A DNA stretch of 64,000 bases from a virus. Both the position numbers and the translations under genes were made by a program. Positions 1 through 9,577 of the stretch are shown here, in pieces. Position 1 is the first letter of the stretch; each line of letters opens with the position of its first letter. The notes under the pieces are model-generated. The model was not told the origin of the DNA. It made no database searches and saw only the letters and a program-made list of their open reading frames with translations. The DNA is taken from the IMG/VR virus record IMGVR_UViG_3300046834_000025, positions 13,834 through 77,833 of that record. The stretch is one strand, 5' to 3'.

Positions 1-361
1 GGCCACTCTGGGCCAGTTATGCCGTCTCGTCGAGAGGCCGGTCTGTATCAGCGACCGAGCACGGACGCCGTTGATCTTGAGCGCGGGCTCCTGGTACAGA
101 GTGGCCGTAGGCGGGCATCTCTGGACCTGGACGGTTCGCGCGGTGTGCAAAGACGCGGCATGCCCGAGGCACGGCAGCCCGACCAGGTGCCACCACCGGT
201 GGACAGAGGTGCAACTCGGCACGGTGACAGTCTGTGCCGAAGTACCGGCTGTTCGGCCTCAGTGTCGAGGCACAAGGTTGCGGAACTTGTTTCCTCGCGC
301 CGAGACCCGTTGTCCAGCTTTCAGTTTGGTTGTTGTTGGCGCGCAACGCCGTCCCGACCAG

Positions 362-524
362 GTGGGAGTCCCGTGGGAGTGGGAAGACACTGGGAACAGT
401 CCCGACCGTTCCAAATCGATTCTTATTCTTATCGATGAAAATTTAAATCGAATCTGCGTCCAACCAATCTAATCCCACACACTCCCCACTCCCACCACCC
501 ATTTCCAGGACAAACCAGGACAAA
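362..524. other. Putative replication origin: GTGGGA boxes and inverted TCCCAC boxes flanking an AT-rich core
   Basis: GTGGGA at 362, 373, 379; TCCCAC at 473, 490; AT-rich core ~412-455; CCAGGACAAA x2 at 505-524; adjacent to primase-helicase. Confidence 0.55.
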
Positions 525-612
525 ACGGATCGTTTACTTTTCGATGGTGTACCGCCGTCGAAAGTTATTGCACCGCAGTGAAATATACGCGCGGCGAAAT
601 CGGCTGCGACAG

Positions 613-669
613 AAGCGACCGGCGCTTGATTCTAAGCGACCGGCGCTTGATTCTAAGCGACCGGCGCTT
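613..669 (+). repeat. 21-bp tandem repeat x2.7
   Basis: aagcgaccggcgcttgattct at 613 and 634, partial at 655. Confidence 0.95.
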
Positions 670-944
670 AAACCCGTTGTCCAGCATCCAGTTTGGTGGT
701 TGTTGGCGCGCAACGGCTCTCGCCGTCGAGGTTTCTTCGCGAGTGGCGGTGGTCCGGCTGGCTGGCGGCGTGCTGATTTTGGGGGCTCTGCCAGGTTCTC
801 GGCAGTCCGGTTCACTCCCCCACAGTCAACCACGGTGGGAGTCGATGGAAGTCCTTTGCAACCGAACCACCCTCAAACCGTCATTTCACGGTTGTTAGTC
901 CCGCAACCCCGCGAGCCCCGAACCACTCCCACACAAACCCCTGA

Positions 945-3464
945 TCAGAGCAACTTCGTGTTTGTGTCCACGATCTGCCACAGAGCCGTGTTCGACTTCT
1001 TCCCTGCATCTCGCACAGACAGCCCTCCGGCCCAACGGCCTTCACGGTACCGGAACCACTTCCCCAACGTCTTGGCTGTTGAGGTGTGGTTGCCTCGCTT
1101 CGCGAGCACGTCCTCCGGCAACGCTTCCTCCGGCAGACCGCCTTCCAACCCCACACTGTCGAGCAGCTTCGCGACAGTGAACGGCTTGTCTCCGCACACC
1201 AGGTACGCCGCCTGCAGGAAGCTGCCCCACTCTTCTTCGTCCTCGAGCCCGGTCTCCCGGATCGAGTCCGGGTGGTTGACCCGTCCAACAAGCCCCGCGT
1301 GCTGCAGGATCGAGTCGCAGACCTGCTGCCACACTGCAAACGAGTCCGACCGTGCCGCCTCCACGAGAGGCCGACCGGCCACGACCCAGTCAGACACCAC
1401 ACCGAGCAGCGCAGCGAGCAGCCGACCACGGTTCGCCTCGACCCAACCCTCAAGGTCCGGGTGCAGGAAGTCGACCCGTGTCTCCGGGTGTTCCATCCTG
1501 GGATCGATCGTGACCCAGATCGTCCGGCGTTTCAGGTCTCCCCCGAGAGCCAGGTTGTTGCCCGTGATCGTCCAGAGCCGGTCGTTCCGCATCGTTCGGT
1601 CTTCCGTGCGACCGAGAATCCGGTCTGTCCACTCGCGTGACGTCAACAGGCCGTCCAGAACAGCCGAACGCAGCACGCCTGCCATGTTGTCGAACGTCAC
1701 GACCGGCGCAGAAGTTGTATCCAGGATGGCCGTGATCTGCTTTCTCAGTTCCGCAACGTCGCGCGGCATCTCCGACCGAAACACGCCGCCGTGGATCAGC
1801 CGCATCACAGAGGTACAGAGCGACTTGCCAGCACCGGGCTGAGGTGCGCCGACAGCGATCAGCGGGTACGGTGGAGGCACTAACAGCCGAAGAACAGGCG
1901 TCAACAACGCCGCCAAGTAGTTTGCCTTGTCGTGCTCCGTTTGGAACGGGAAGTCCACCACCAGTTCCTCGAGCAACCCTAAACCGCCGTGTCTCGCAAG
2001 GTCAACCTCGAGCCCTTCGGGCGGCAAGTACAGAGTCCGTGTGTCTTGGTCGTATCCCGGCTTGTCCAGGATCGAACCGTCCTTCCGCACCAACGGAGTG
2101 TGCGTGATCGCTTCGAGATCGCGAACGGCTCGAAGCTCATCCGGCGCAGCGAGGAACATCGAGAACACTTGAGTGGGAAAGACCGCTCGAACACGCTCGC
2201 CGCCCTTCCGCATCCGATAGACCTTGATCTTCTTCGCGACGAAGCGTGCAGCAAGAGCAGCCTCGTTCAGCCGTCGAACCTGTGCTGGCCCGTCGTCGCC
2301 GTCCTTCGGTGGCTCGTATCCATTCTCGCCGACTCTCGGCGTGTGCACCAGATCGAACCCTCTTCGGAACACGCCACCGTGCCGTGATCCCGGCATCCCC
2401 AACGTCATGATCAGCCACTCGGCAGCGTCGACGGCGTTCGTGACATCGACCTCGTGCGGGTTCGGTCCCGTCCGAACCGTCGTCCCGTCTCCCTGATCCG
2501 CGTCATCGTCCCACGCCTCGAAATCGTTCTCGACCGTTGGGCGTCCAGGCCCGACCTCATCCGCCTTCCGGCGTGCGCGTTCCGTGACATACTGGTGCTC
2601 CGACCAAGTCCACGGCTCGTTGCCCTTGGCCCGCTGTGCCGCGTGCCACATCGGCGTTTCGACCTCTTGCAGATCGAGGCACCCGCCGTCGACCAACTGA
2701 TACAGGGTCACCATCATCGCGAACAGAGCGGAGTTCCGTCCGGCGAACTCCTCGCCCGTGTCCTTGCGTTGCAATGTCTCAAGCTGCTTGATGTACTTCT
2801 TCAGGATGCCGTGCGCGCGTTCGACTTGCCTTTCTGTCGGTTCGCTGTCTTCGTCGAAGTCTGTCTCGAGGGCACTCTTGCCCGCCTGCACCGTTGCAAG
2901 CCGTTCCGTGATGCCTGTCGAGTCCGCGATCGCGAGCCAGTCGTCCGCAACCAGGTACGCGCCGTCGAAGACACGGTACTGGAACGCTGACTCGTTCGCT
3001 GCTGGCCCGTACATCATCCGTGCCGGTTCGGCGCACGAGAGATCGAACTGCCCGACACCATGTTGCTCCATGAGAGCCCACACGATCCGGGTGTACTCTC
3101 CTGGCTCAACGTCTCTGTCCAGGGGCAGATGGATTCGGTACCGAGGGTTGACATCTGTGTGCGAGAAGGTTGTGTGCCAGACGAAAGCTGTTCCGTCTCG
3201 TGCCCGTTCAAAACCCTCGATGAACTCGAGCCCTGCTCTGTCAGCGTCCAGGTGAACGATCGACCGTGAGCGAACATTCGCAACAAGTTTGCGAGGCCCG
3301 GACAGATCGCCACCGAAGAACCCGTCGCACTCTTTATCTGCGGCAGGCTGGTCAAGATGAAGTAGCTCGACAAACTCATTCCAGGACAGATCGTGCCCTA
3401 TCCAGTTTTTCGAGATCGCCGCTGGTGCATCTGCCGTCGCGACGTGGAATAGCCTCGCACTCAT
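945..3464 (-). CDS. DNA primase-polymerase/helicase fusion
   Basis: N-terminal AEP-like motifs (LDAD, HTTFSH, PRYRIHLPL); C-terminal P-loop GAPQPGAGKS and VVTFDN; ATG 3464 overlaps the stop of a 10-codon uORF. Confidence 0.85.
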   Translation of the reverse strand: MSARLFHVATADAPAAISKNWIGHDLSWNEFVELLHLDQPAADKECDGFFGGDLSGPRKLVANVRSRSIVHLDADRAGLEFIEGFERARDGTAFVWHTTFSHTDVNPRYRIHLPLDRDVEPGEYTRIVWALMEQHGVGQFDLSCAEPARMMYGPAANESAFQYRVFDGAYLVADDWLAIADSTGITERLATVQAGKSALETDFDEDSEPTERQVERAHGILKKYIKQLETLQRKDTGEEFAGRNSALFAMMVTLYQLVDGGCLDLQEVETPMWHAAQRAKGNEPWTWSEHQYVTERARRKADEVGPGRPTVENDFEAWDDDADQGDGTTVRTGPNPHEVDVTNAVDAAEWLIMTLGMPGSRHGGVFRRGFDLVHTPRVGENGYEPPKDGDDGPAQVRRLNEAALAARFVAKKIKVYRMRKGGERVRAVFPTQVFSMFLAAPDELRAVRDLEAITHTPLVRKDGSILDKPGYDQDTRTLYLPPEGLEVDLARHGGLGLLEELVVDFPFQTEHDKANYLAALLTPVLRLLVPPPYPLIAVGAPQPGAGKSLCTSVMRLIHGGVFRSEMPRDVAELRKQITAILDTTSAPVVTFDNMAGVLRSAVLDGLLTSREWTDRILGRTEDRTMRNDRLWTITGNNLALGGDLKRRTIWVTIDPRMEHPETRVDFLHPDLEGWVEANRGRLLAALLGVVSDWVVAGRPLVEAARSDSFAVWQQVCDSILQHAGLVGRVNHPDSIRETGLEDEEEWGSFLQAAYLVCGDKPFTVAKLLDSVGLEGGLPEEALPEDVLAKRGNHTSTAKTLGKWFRYREGRWAGGLSVRDAGKKSNTALWQIVDTNTKLL

Positions 3465-3671
3465 CGCGAGCGGCACAAGCAAATCGTGAGCATTTCGGTT
3501 TCCCTCTCGTTGACGGTCGGTTTACAGCGATCCTACCAGTATACCCCCGCCGTCCCCGAAATGCTGCAGTTCCCACAAACCTCGACTATTCGTTTTGCTG
3601 CGGAACCCGACCTCCACAGGTTACAATGGTCGAAGTACACCACACGCCGACCAGGAAGGCACGACCTCACG

Positions 3672-4607
3672 ATGCCAGACAACGACTACCCTCTTGCCGA
3701 CAGCGGTGATCGCACACCGCTGCATGGAGGCGCGATGCGCGACCGGCCACGAGGCAAAGGTCGGTTCGACTTGATCAGCCCGATCTTCCTGCAGGACCTT
3801 GCTCTCCTGATGGAGAAGGGTGCCGACAAGTACGCCGTGCGGAACTGGGAGCGTGGGTACTCGATCTCGCTCTGTGCCGACAGCGCGATGCGCCACCTGA
3901 CGCAGTTCCTCGCAGGTGACGACACCGAGGACCACGTCATCCAGGCCGCGTGGAACCTGATGGTGATACACGCGATTCGGCGCATGGTCGAGCAGGGCAA
4001 GCTCCCCAAAGAACTGGCGGAGGGGTATGTCCCGCTTCACGTCGTGAACCCGATCACCGGCTCCATTTCGCACGACGGCGAGACGTATTCCAACAATGCC
4101 GACATCCCCGGTATCGAAGAAGACCCGACTACCCTTCTGGTGACCGAGGGAACGCCTTCTCTCGACGGCAGATTCATCGAGCCGAACGCGGTTCTCTGGG
4201 ACGGCAATGAGGTACCGATCATCGCCTACCAGGGTGGCCGCCAGTACAACATGGGCCGTGCGACCGACATCCGGCGCACGCCGACCGGCGAGATTCGAGC
4301 CGTGATCTTGCTCAAGGACGAGCCTGCCGACACGCCGACCTATGGCGCGTACCTGACCGGCTTGACTACGCACACGAACGCAGACAACGTGATCGTCATC
4401 GAGACTGCAACACTCTTTGCCGTCTCCATGACCCTTGCCCCGCGATACGGTGCGCAGTCGCAGTGTCGGCTCTGCAAGGACGCGATCGGCTGGAACGGCT
4501 CGAGGTGGGTCGACGCCAGTGGAGACGCCGACCAGGCAGGCTTCTGCCGGGAGAGCAACGACCCTGACCCGCAACACATCCCGAACATCGACGCGGACGG
4601 AGTCTGA
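3672..4607 (+). CDS. dATP/dGTP diphosphohydrolase-domain (DUF5664-like) fusion protein
   Basis: KGRFDLISP...KGADKYAVRNWERG...SAMRH...EDHVIQAAWN; AGGAAGG upstream of ATG 3672. Confidence 0.75.
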   Translation: MPDNDYPLADSGDRTPLHGGAMRDRPRGKGRFDLISPIFLQDLALLMEKGADKYAVRNWERGYSISLCADSAMRHLTQFLAGDDTEDHVIQAAWNLMVIHAIRRMVEQGKLPKELAEGYVPLHVVNPITGSISHDGETYSNNADIPGIEEDPTTLLVTEGTPSLDGRFIEPNAVLWDGNEVPIIAYQGGRQYNMGRATDIRRTPTGEIRAVILLKDEPADTPTYGAYLTGLTTHTNADNVIVIETATLFAVSMTLAPRYGAQSQCRLCKDAIGWNGSRWVDASGDADQAGFCRESNDPDPQHIPNIDADGV

Positions 4608-4611
4608 CAAG

Positions 4612-4842
4612 ATGAAGGTTCATATCGGATCTCGTGGCGGAACTTTCGACCAGAGATGCGACATGCCTGCAGTTCCGCATGTCGGAGATAAGATCATTCT
4701 GCCCGACGATGTAGGAACCGTGTTCGAAGTTACTTGGGCTCCGTTCCAAACGCACACGGAAGAGATCTTCGTGCATGTTGATCTGACGAAACCCGAGTAC
4801 AACCCGCCTTCACCCAGGTGGGCAGGGTGGCCCGATGTCTGA
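4612..4842 (+). CDS. hypothetical protein
   Basis: ORF packed directly after upstream stop. Confidence 0.6.
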   Translation: MKVHIGSRGGTFDQRCDMPAVPHVGDKIILPDDVGTVFEVTWAPFQTHTEEIFVHVDLTKPEYNPPSPRWAGWPDV

Positions 4843-4928
4843 CTGGGTGATCGTGAAGCGCAAGGGAAACAAGGTGCGCTACTTCAACACCAAGACCGCT
4901 GTCTGGACCGGCTGGATGCGAGAGACCG

Positions 4929-5195
4929 ATGGCTGAGACTCCTCGACGCAGTACCGTCACCTCCACCGAGACACACGTCTCGCACACCGCCAAGCCACTC
5001 GGCAGGTCCCGAGAGAACCCGCCACACCTCGGCGATCTTCGAGCGTTCGTGGCCGCGTGCGAGGGTCTGCCGGACGACCTATCTGTCTACATCAACAACG
5101 GCTCTCTGGACGAGGGTGGACGGCGTAACATCACCTTCTTTGTCCGGCATCGAGTCACGGACGGCACCGAGGAAGCGGAGCCGGTCGATGTCTAG
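4929..5195 (+). CDS. hypothetical protein
   Basis: ORF with phage-like codon use; GAGAGACCGATG start context. Confidence 0.65.
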   Translation: MAETPRRSTVTSTETHVSHTAKPLGRSRENPPHLGDLRAFVAACEGLPDDLSVYINNGSLDEGGRRNITFFVRHRVTDGTEEAEPVDV

Positions 5196-5451
5196 CTTGC
5201 AGTACCTCACCGTGTTCGGGTGGGTGGTCGGCCACGGCAACATGGCCTTGCCAGAGCCGAAGAAGTACCTCGACAAGCTGTACGCTGGCAAGGGCATCTA
5301 CGGGCGGTTCGTCGACGACGGCGGTGTCCCAACATACCCAACAAACCCACGACCTGACCCGATACCGAGAGGAAAGGTCCCGATCACCCGCATCGCGGCC
5401 TGCATCCATTGCAACCAACCGCACTCGAAACCGTTCGAGTGCCTTCTGTAA
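5188..5451 (+). CDS. hypothetical protein with C-terminal Cys/His motif
   Basis: overlaps upstream stop; CIHC...H...C. Confidence 0.6.
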   Translation: MSSLQYLTVFGWVVGHGNMALPEPKKYLDKLYAGKGIYGRFVDDGGVPTYPTNPRPDPIPRGKVPITRIAACIHCNQPHSKPFECLL

Positions 5452-5464
5452 GGAGAACCCTACC

Positions 5465-5692
5465 GTGGCTACGCCCGCGAACCCTGTCATGATGGCTGTC
5501 GGCAAGCTTGCTCTCGCGCAACGGCGAGACCGCTACGACCCTGCCAAGGTCGCCGACGCTCGAAACGAGTTGGTGGCTGTCAAGCTCGAGCGAGAGATCT
5601 TGCGCGCCATCAATCCCGAATCCAGTTCCGACTACGAGCCGCTGCGCCAGGAGGACCGGGCACGGCTTGCCGACATTCTGTTGAACGGCTGA
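5465..5692 (+). CDS. hypothetical protein
   Basis: AAGGAG RBS, GTG start. Confidence 0.65.
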   Translation: MATPANPVMMAVGKLALAQRRDRYDPAKVADARNELVAVKLEREILRAINPESSSDYEPLRQEDRARLADILLNG

Positions 5693-5695
5693 ACC

Positions 5696-5968
5696 GTGCT
5701 GACGCACCTGGTCGATCGCACGACCCGCGAGCCGTGCCCAACCAACGACAATGCGCTCTGCACGATCACCGATGAGGGACATCGGCACGTGTTCGCGTCA
5801 AACTGCCCGTGCGAACGGCACGAGAATACGAACGCACGCTGCACGTGCTTCTGTCCTCCGAAGGAGCACGTACCGGAGCTATGCCGGAGATGTGGTGGTC
5901 GCGTAGAGACCATGATCCGGCGTGGTACCGGCGTCTGCTCCGGCCCGTGTGCAGACACAGTACCCTGA
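5696..5968 (+). CDS. Cys-rich hypothetical protein
   Basis: multiple CxC/CxxC motifs. Confidence 0.5.
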   Translation: MLTHLVDRTTREPCPTNDNALCTITDEGHRHVFASNCPCERHENTNARCTCFCPPKEHVPELCRRCGGRVETMIRRGTGVCSGPCADTVP

Positions 5969-6127
5969 AGAACTTGCCGTGAAGGCGTCAACGCGTACGA
6001 ATCGAGGTCAATCATGGAGGGACCGCGCGAAGGACGCCCACAAGGGAGCACGACAAAAGGGCCTGGATCTCGAGCCTGCCTTCCGTGCATCATCCCGGCG
6101 TACCTGCGCCTTCACGGCCACCTATCC

Positions 6128-6293
6128 CAGAGTGGCCAGAGGTTGCCACCTCTGGACCTCGTGGGCCTTTCTGGTACCCTGACCATAGGGTGCCCTCGTT
6201 CGGTCGACTCCGGCAAAACGACAGGTCGCGTGGAAGGAAGCTTTCGGTGCCCTCTGTCGCCCTGTCCCGCAACCCCGATTTTGATCATGAAAA
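6128..6293 (+). repeat. Conserved non-coding element copy 1 (second copy 17562-17706, short copy 97-128)
   Basis: shared blocks gaggttgccacctctggacctcg, accatagggtgccctcgttcgg, gacaggtcgcgtggaaggaa, ttgatcatg. Confidence 0.85.
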
Positions 6294-6313
6294 AGTGCCC
6301 CTGATCAGCGGAG

Positions 6314-6342
6314 TTGCGTACTTTCCAAGTACATGGTATACT
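6314..6342 (+). promoter_or_regulatory. SigA-like early promoter P1
   Basis: TTGCGT-17bp-TATACT with TG extension, followed by GAGAACTCGA as in P2. Confidence 0.8.
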
Positions 6343-6456
6343 GAGAACTCGACACCACACCTGCCGCTGCTCAGCGTGCACTGATCTCCGCTGCCGTTTG
6401 AGTGATCTTCTGGCCGGAGGGTACAGAAAGCCCTCCGGCCAGCCGATAGGAGGATC

Positions 6457-6510
6457 ATGACCACCTCGCAGCGCCACCCGCGCATCTCGTCCGGCAAGAC
6501 CTGGCAGTAA
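6457..6510 (+). CDS. 17-aa leader micro-ORF
   Basis: AGGAGGA RBS; MTTSQRHPRISSGKTWQ. Confidence 0.45.
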   Translation: MTTSQRHPRISSGKTWQ

Positions 6511-6521
6511 GGGAGAGCATC

Positions 6522-6752
6522 ATGGAACTGTTTGCGATCATCCGTCTCGACACCAACAAGCTGGTGTGGGCATCGTACACCTCTCAGGAGGTGGCCGACG
6601 ACCACGCCGTTCGTTGGGCCGTGTCCGTGGGCATGATCAGCCTGCTGTCCGGCCAGGAACTCGTTGACCACCTGGTCGACAACATGGACGAGTACGCGGG
6701 CCACCACGGTAGCCCGAAGAACGTCTACGGCGACCTGGACGTGACCCTGTGA
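6522..6752 (+). CDS. hypothetical early protein
   Basis: GGGAGAG RBS, strong codon bias. Confidence 0.7.
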   Translation: MELFAIIRLDTNKLVWASYTSQEVADDHAVRWAVSVGMISLLSGQELVDHLVDNMDEYAGHHGSPKNVYGDLDVTL

Positions 6753-7000
6753 GCCGCTACCCGTGGGAGCAGGTCAGGTACGCCGAAGAGGCTCTGCAGG
6801 AGCAGGCCGAAGAAGACGCCGCCAAGGAAGAGGCCGTCCTGTACGCCGACAAGGCGTGCGAGGCCGGGGACCGCTGCCCCGCCTGCGGAGAGCTCATCGC
6901 CTTCTGCACCGGTCACGGCGAGATCGGCGACCCTACCGGATTCGCGATCATCGAGAAGCACGACAATGACGACCACACCGATTGCTACGGAGACCTCTGA
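6749..7000 (+). CDS. hypothetical protein, CPAC zinc-ribbon motif
   Basis: GTGA overlap with upstream gene. Confidence 0.7.
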   Translation: MSRYPWEQVRYAEEALQEQAEEDAAKEEAVLYADKACEAGDRCPACGELIAFCTGHGEIGDPTGFAIIEKHDNDDHTDCYGDL

Positions 7001-7320
7001 TGTCCTACACCGCCCGCGTTCGCTGGACTGACACCAGGACGAACCGCACCGTCAACAACGCCGTCCAGATCATCACTGGCCACACCACGACCGACGACAT
7101 TCCCGCGATTCTCTCGTTCAGGTACGGCGTGCCTGTCGAGAACATTGCCCTGGTCGAGGTGTCTCAGCCGCCGAAGAGCCGTCCGAAGCAGTTCCAGTTC
7201 TACGTCAACGGTGTTTGCCGGTCGTACTCCATGCTCGGGGCTGCGATGGCTCAGCGGACAATGGTCATGGAGAACGACAACACCGCTGTTGTCTCGCCGG
7301 TCTACACGGTGGTGCTCTGA
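7000..7320 (+). CDS. hypothetical protein
   Basis: TGATG coupling. Confidence 0.7.
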   Translation: MSYTARVRWTDTRTNRTVNNAVQIITGHTTTDDIPAILSFRYGVPVENIALVEVSQPPKSRPKQFQFYVNGVCRSYSMLGAAMAQRTMVMENDNTAVVSPVYTVVL

Positions 7321-7712
7321 TGAAGTATGAACTCAACCTGGACGGCGCGCGCAAGATCCTGCCGGTCGACGGCGACCTGACGACCGGCTTCTGGCAGCTA
7401 GCTGAGGCACTTCCGATCCACTCCATCGTGGCTCTCGGCTGGCCGGACGAGCTCTCCTACTGGGTCAAGGGAAGCAACGTCTCGTTCCACTGGATGCTCG
7501 CTCAGAGCGACAACCCGGACATGCTGGTCGGCTACGTCGAGACGGCAGACCCGGACACGCTGGTCGCTGGTGGTGACATCGAGGTTGCCTACCTGGTGGT
7601 GCCGCCCAACAGGATCGGTGGAGTCTCGCTGACCCTGGAAGACGTACTCGGAGAGGACGGTCTCTCGCACACCGATATCGCCGCGATCCTGGACAGGACG
7701 GAGGCACTGTGA
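7320..7712 (+). CDS. hypothetical protein
   Basis: TGATG coupling. Confidence 0.7.
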   Translation: MKYELNLDGARKILPVDGDLTTGFWQLAEALPIHSIVALGWPDELSYWVKGSNVSFHWMLAQSDNPDMLVGYVETADPDTLVAGGDIEVAYLVVPPNRIGGVSLTLEDVLGEDGLSHTDIAAILDRTEAL

Positions 7713-8122
7713 GCCGCGAACTGGTTGTCAAGGCAACCGCTGTCGAGCCAGGCAAGATGTTGGGCCTGCGCACCAACTGGATCAGTGGCAAGGGCAAGGG
7801 TGTCACCTTCGACCTGAACTCCGGTGCGGGTGTGGGCAACTCGGCTCTCAGCCTCACTGTCCGGCGTGACGGAGAGGTCATCGCCAGAGAGGTCATCGAC
7901 ATGGCGGTCATGGTCGAGGACTGGATCAGGAACATCCTGCGCTGGTCCCTCTTGGGACCAGACACCTGGAAGAACAACGAGACTGGTTTCACCGTTGCCA
8001 GCTTCGCCGATGACTACCTCGTGTACGACGCCGACGATGAGATTCGCGCAGACGGCGGGTTCACCTCCCTGCTCGACGCCCAAGCTGCCGCAGACGCATT
8101 CGCAAAGGAGATCAAGAAGTGA
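7709..8122 (+). CDS. hypothetical protein
   Basis: GTGA overlap, GGAGG RBS. Confidence 0.7.
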   Translation: MSRELVVKATAVEPGKMLGLRTNWISGKGKGVTFDLNSGAGVGNSALSLTVRRDGEVIAREVIDMAVMVEDWIRNILRWSLLGPDTWKNNETGFTVASFADDYLVYDADDEIRADGGFTSLLDAQAAADAFAKEIKK

Positions 8123-8859
8123 GCATCGAAGACACCAAGAAGAAGATTGCGTTCCTGCTCAACAAGGCAGAGAACACCGACAACGAGCACGAGCGCGACA
8201 CGTTCAACGCCGCTGCCGAGAAGATGATGCTGCGCTTGGGCATCGACCGGGCCGAACTCGAGTCCGTTGGGGAGGCGAAGCCGGAAGACATCGTGAAGCA
8301 GTTCCGCACCTGGACGACCATCTACGCTCCGGCCATGAACACGTTCACGTGCTGGATCGCGGACGGCTACGGTGACCTGACGTGCTTGCAGACCCGTCGA
8401 GGCAAGGACCTGATCCTCACGCACATCATCGGCCACGAGAGCGATGTGGCAGAGTTCCTGGTCCTCCTGGACAGCCTCAACCTGCAGGTCTGGGAGGCCG
8501 TGCGACGGTTCCGCAAGGAGTACGCGGAGCTTCGTCGGTTCCACACGATCCACGAAAACTTCGTGGCCGACCGCTCGTTCATCCAGAGTTTTGCGCTGGC
8601 CGTCTCCAACAGGCTCGCTGCGGAACGCAAGGAGGTGTCCGAGGACATCACGCCAGGGACGGCGCTCGTGCTGGCCAGCAAGCAGTCTCGCGTCGACGCT
8701 CAGGTCGCACTCTGGCACCCAACCATGAAGAAGTCGAACAAGGGTCGTTCGAGCCAGTGGAACGGTCTCGGTTCGCAGGCTGGGCACGAGGCTGGCAAGA
8801 AGGCGAAGCTCAAGGAAGACAAGGCCATTACCGGTGCACGTCGAGCGATCGGAGGATGA
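8119..8859 (+). CDS. DUF2786-domain protein
   Basis: KKIAFLLNKAENTDNEHERDTFNAAAEKMMLRLGID N-terminal signature. Confidence 0.8.
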   Translation: MSIEDTKKKIAFLLNKAENTDNEHERDTFNAAAEKMMLRLGIDRAELESVGEAKPEDIVKQFRTWTTIYAPAMNTFTCWIADGYGDLTCLQTRRGKDLILTHIIGHESDVAEFLVLLDSLNLQVWEAVRRFRKEYAELRRFHTIHENFVADRSFIQSFALAVSNRLAAERKEVSEDITPGTALVLASKQSRVDAQVALWHPTMKKSNKGRSSQWNGLGSQAGHEAGKKAKLKEDKAITGARRAIGG

Positions 8860-9341
8860 TCATGGATATGGAGTTCGTCAGAGACGACCACAACCAGATC
8901 TACAAGGTGGAGGAGGTGATGTTCGAAGGCAAGGTGGTTTCGGTGCGTAATGTGCACACCGGAGAGCCGTCAACCTTTGCCGTCGACACCGTCGAAGTGC
9001 TGGACGGTGAAGCACTGCACTACTGGCAGAGTCAATTCCCTCTCATGGAGGGTGGTGACCCGACCAGGTTCAAGAGCCGTGTGGTCGTGGAGAGCCCGGA
9101 CGGCTGGTCCGACGAAGAGATCATCGCGAGTGTCGGTGCACAGTTCTCGGCACAGACGTTCGTCAACGAGATCTCCGTTGCAGCCCTTGGCTCTCGACTC
9201 ACGATTACCACAATCTACCAGGCCGACGACCTGGACCAGGCTCGTGAGATTGCCGACCAGGTGTTCTCCGGCTTCACCGTCGTCCATCGAGCGGACATGC
9301 AGCGTACCAACAAGCGCGGGATGTTCGAGGTGGCACGATGA
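8856..9341 (+). CDS. hypothetical protein
   Basis: ATGA overlap. Confidence 0.7.
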   Translation: MIMDMEFVRDDHNQIYKVEEVMFEGKVVSVRNVHTGEPSTFAVDTVEVLDGEALHYWQSQFPLMEGGDPTRFKSRVVVESPDGWSDEEIIASVGAQFSAQTFVNEISVAALGSRLTITTIYQADDLDQAREIADQVFSGFTVVHRADMQRTNKRGMFEVAR

Positions 9342-9577
9342 AGATGTACCCACAGTTCCGCATCGTGATCACACCGCAAGACCCGTTCGGCGACCGTTGG
9401 GTCAATGTGGAGCGCAAGCTCGAGTTCGCCCGCATCCAGAACTCGATGCCGACCGAACAGGTCATCATCCAGTGGGAACTCATTGAGGGAGAGGTGGTGA
9501 AGGGTGGTGACATCGACCAGGCTGTCGCAATTGCTCAGGAACGGCTCACAGAGATCAACTCCGGTGACTACACGTGA
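9338..9577 (+). CDS. hypothetical protein
   Basis: ATGA overlap. Confidence 0.7.
   Translation: MKMYPQFRIVITPQDPFGDRWVNVERKLEFARIQNSMPTEQVIIQWELIEGEVVKGGDIDQAVAIAQERLTEINSGDYT

Larger units (their letters stand above)
305..715 (+). repeat. 44-bp imperfect direct repeat pair (305-348 and 672-715)
   Basis: acccgttgtccagc...gttgttggcgcgcaacg, 41/44 identical. Confidence 0.9.

Noticed and set aside
544-1842. 432-aa plus-strand ORF
   Set aside because: Antisense shadow of the primase plus translated DNA repeats; Ser/Arg/Pro-rich with no motifs
3672-4607. 2-aminoadenine (Z-base) genome
   Set aside because: No PurZ homolog in the window; the hydrolase domain alone is insufficient
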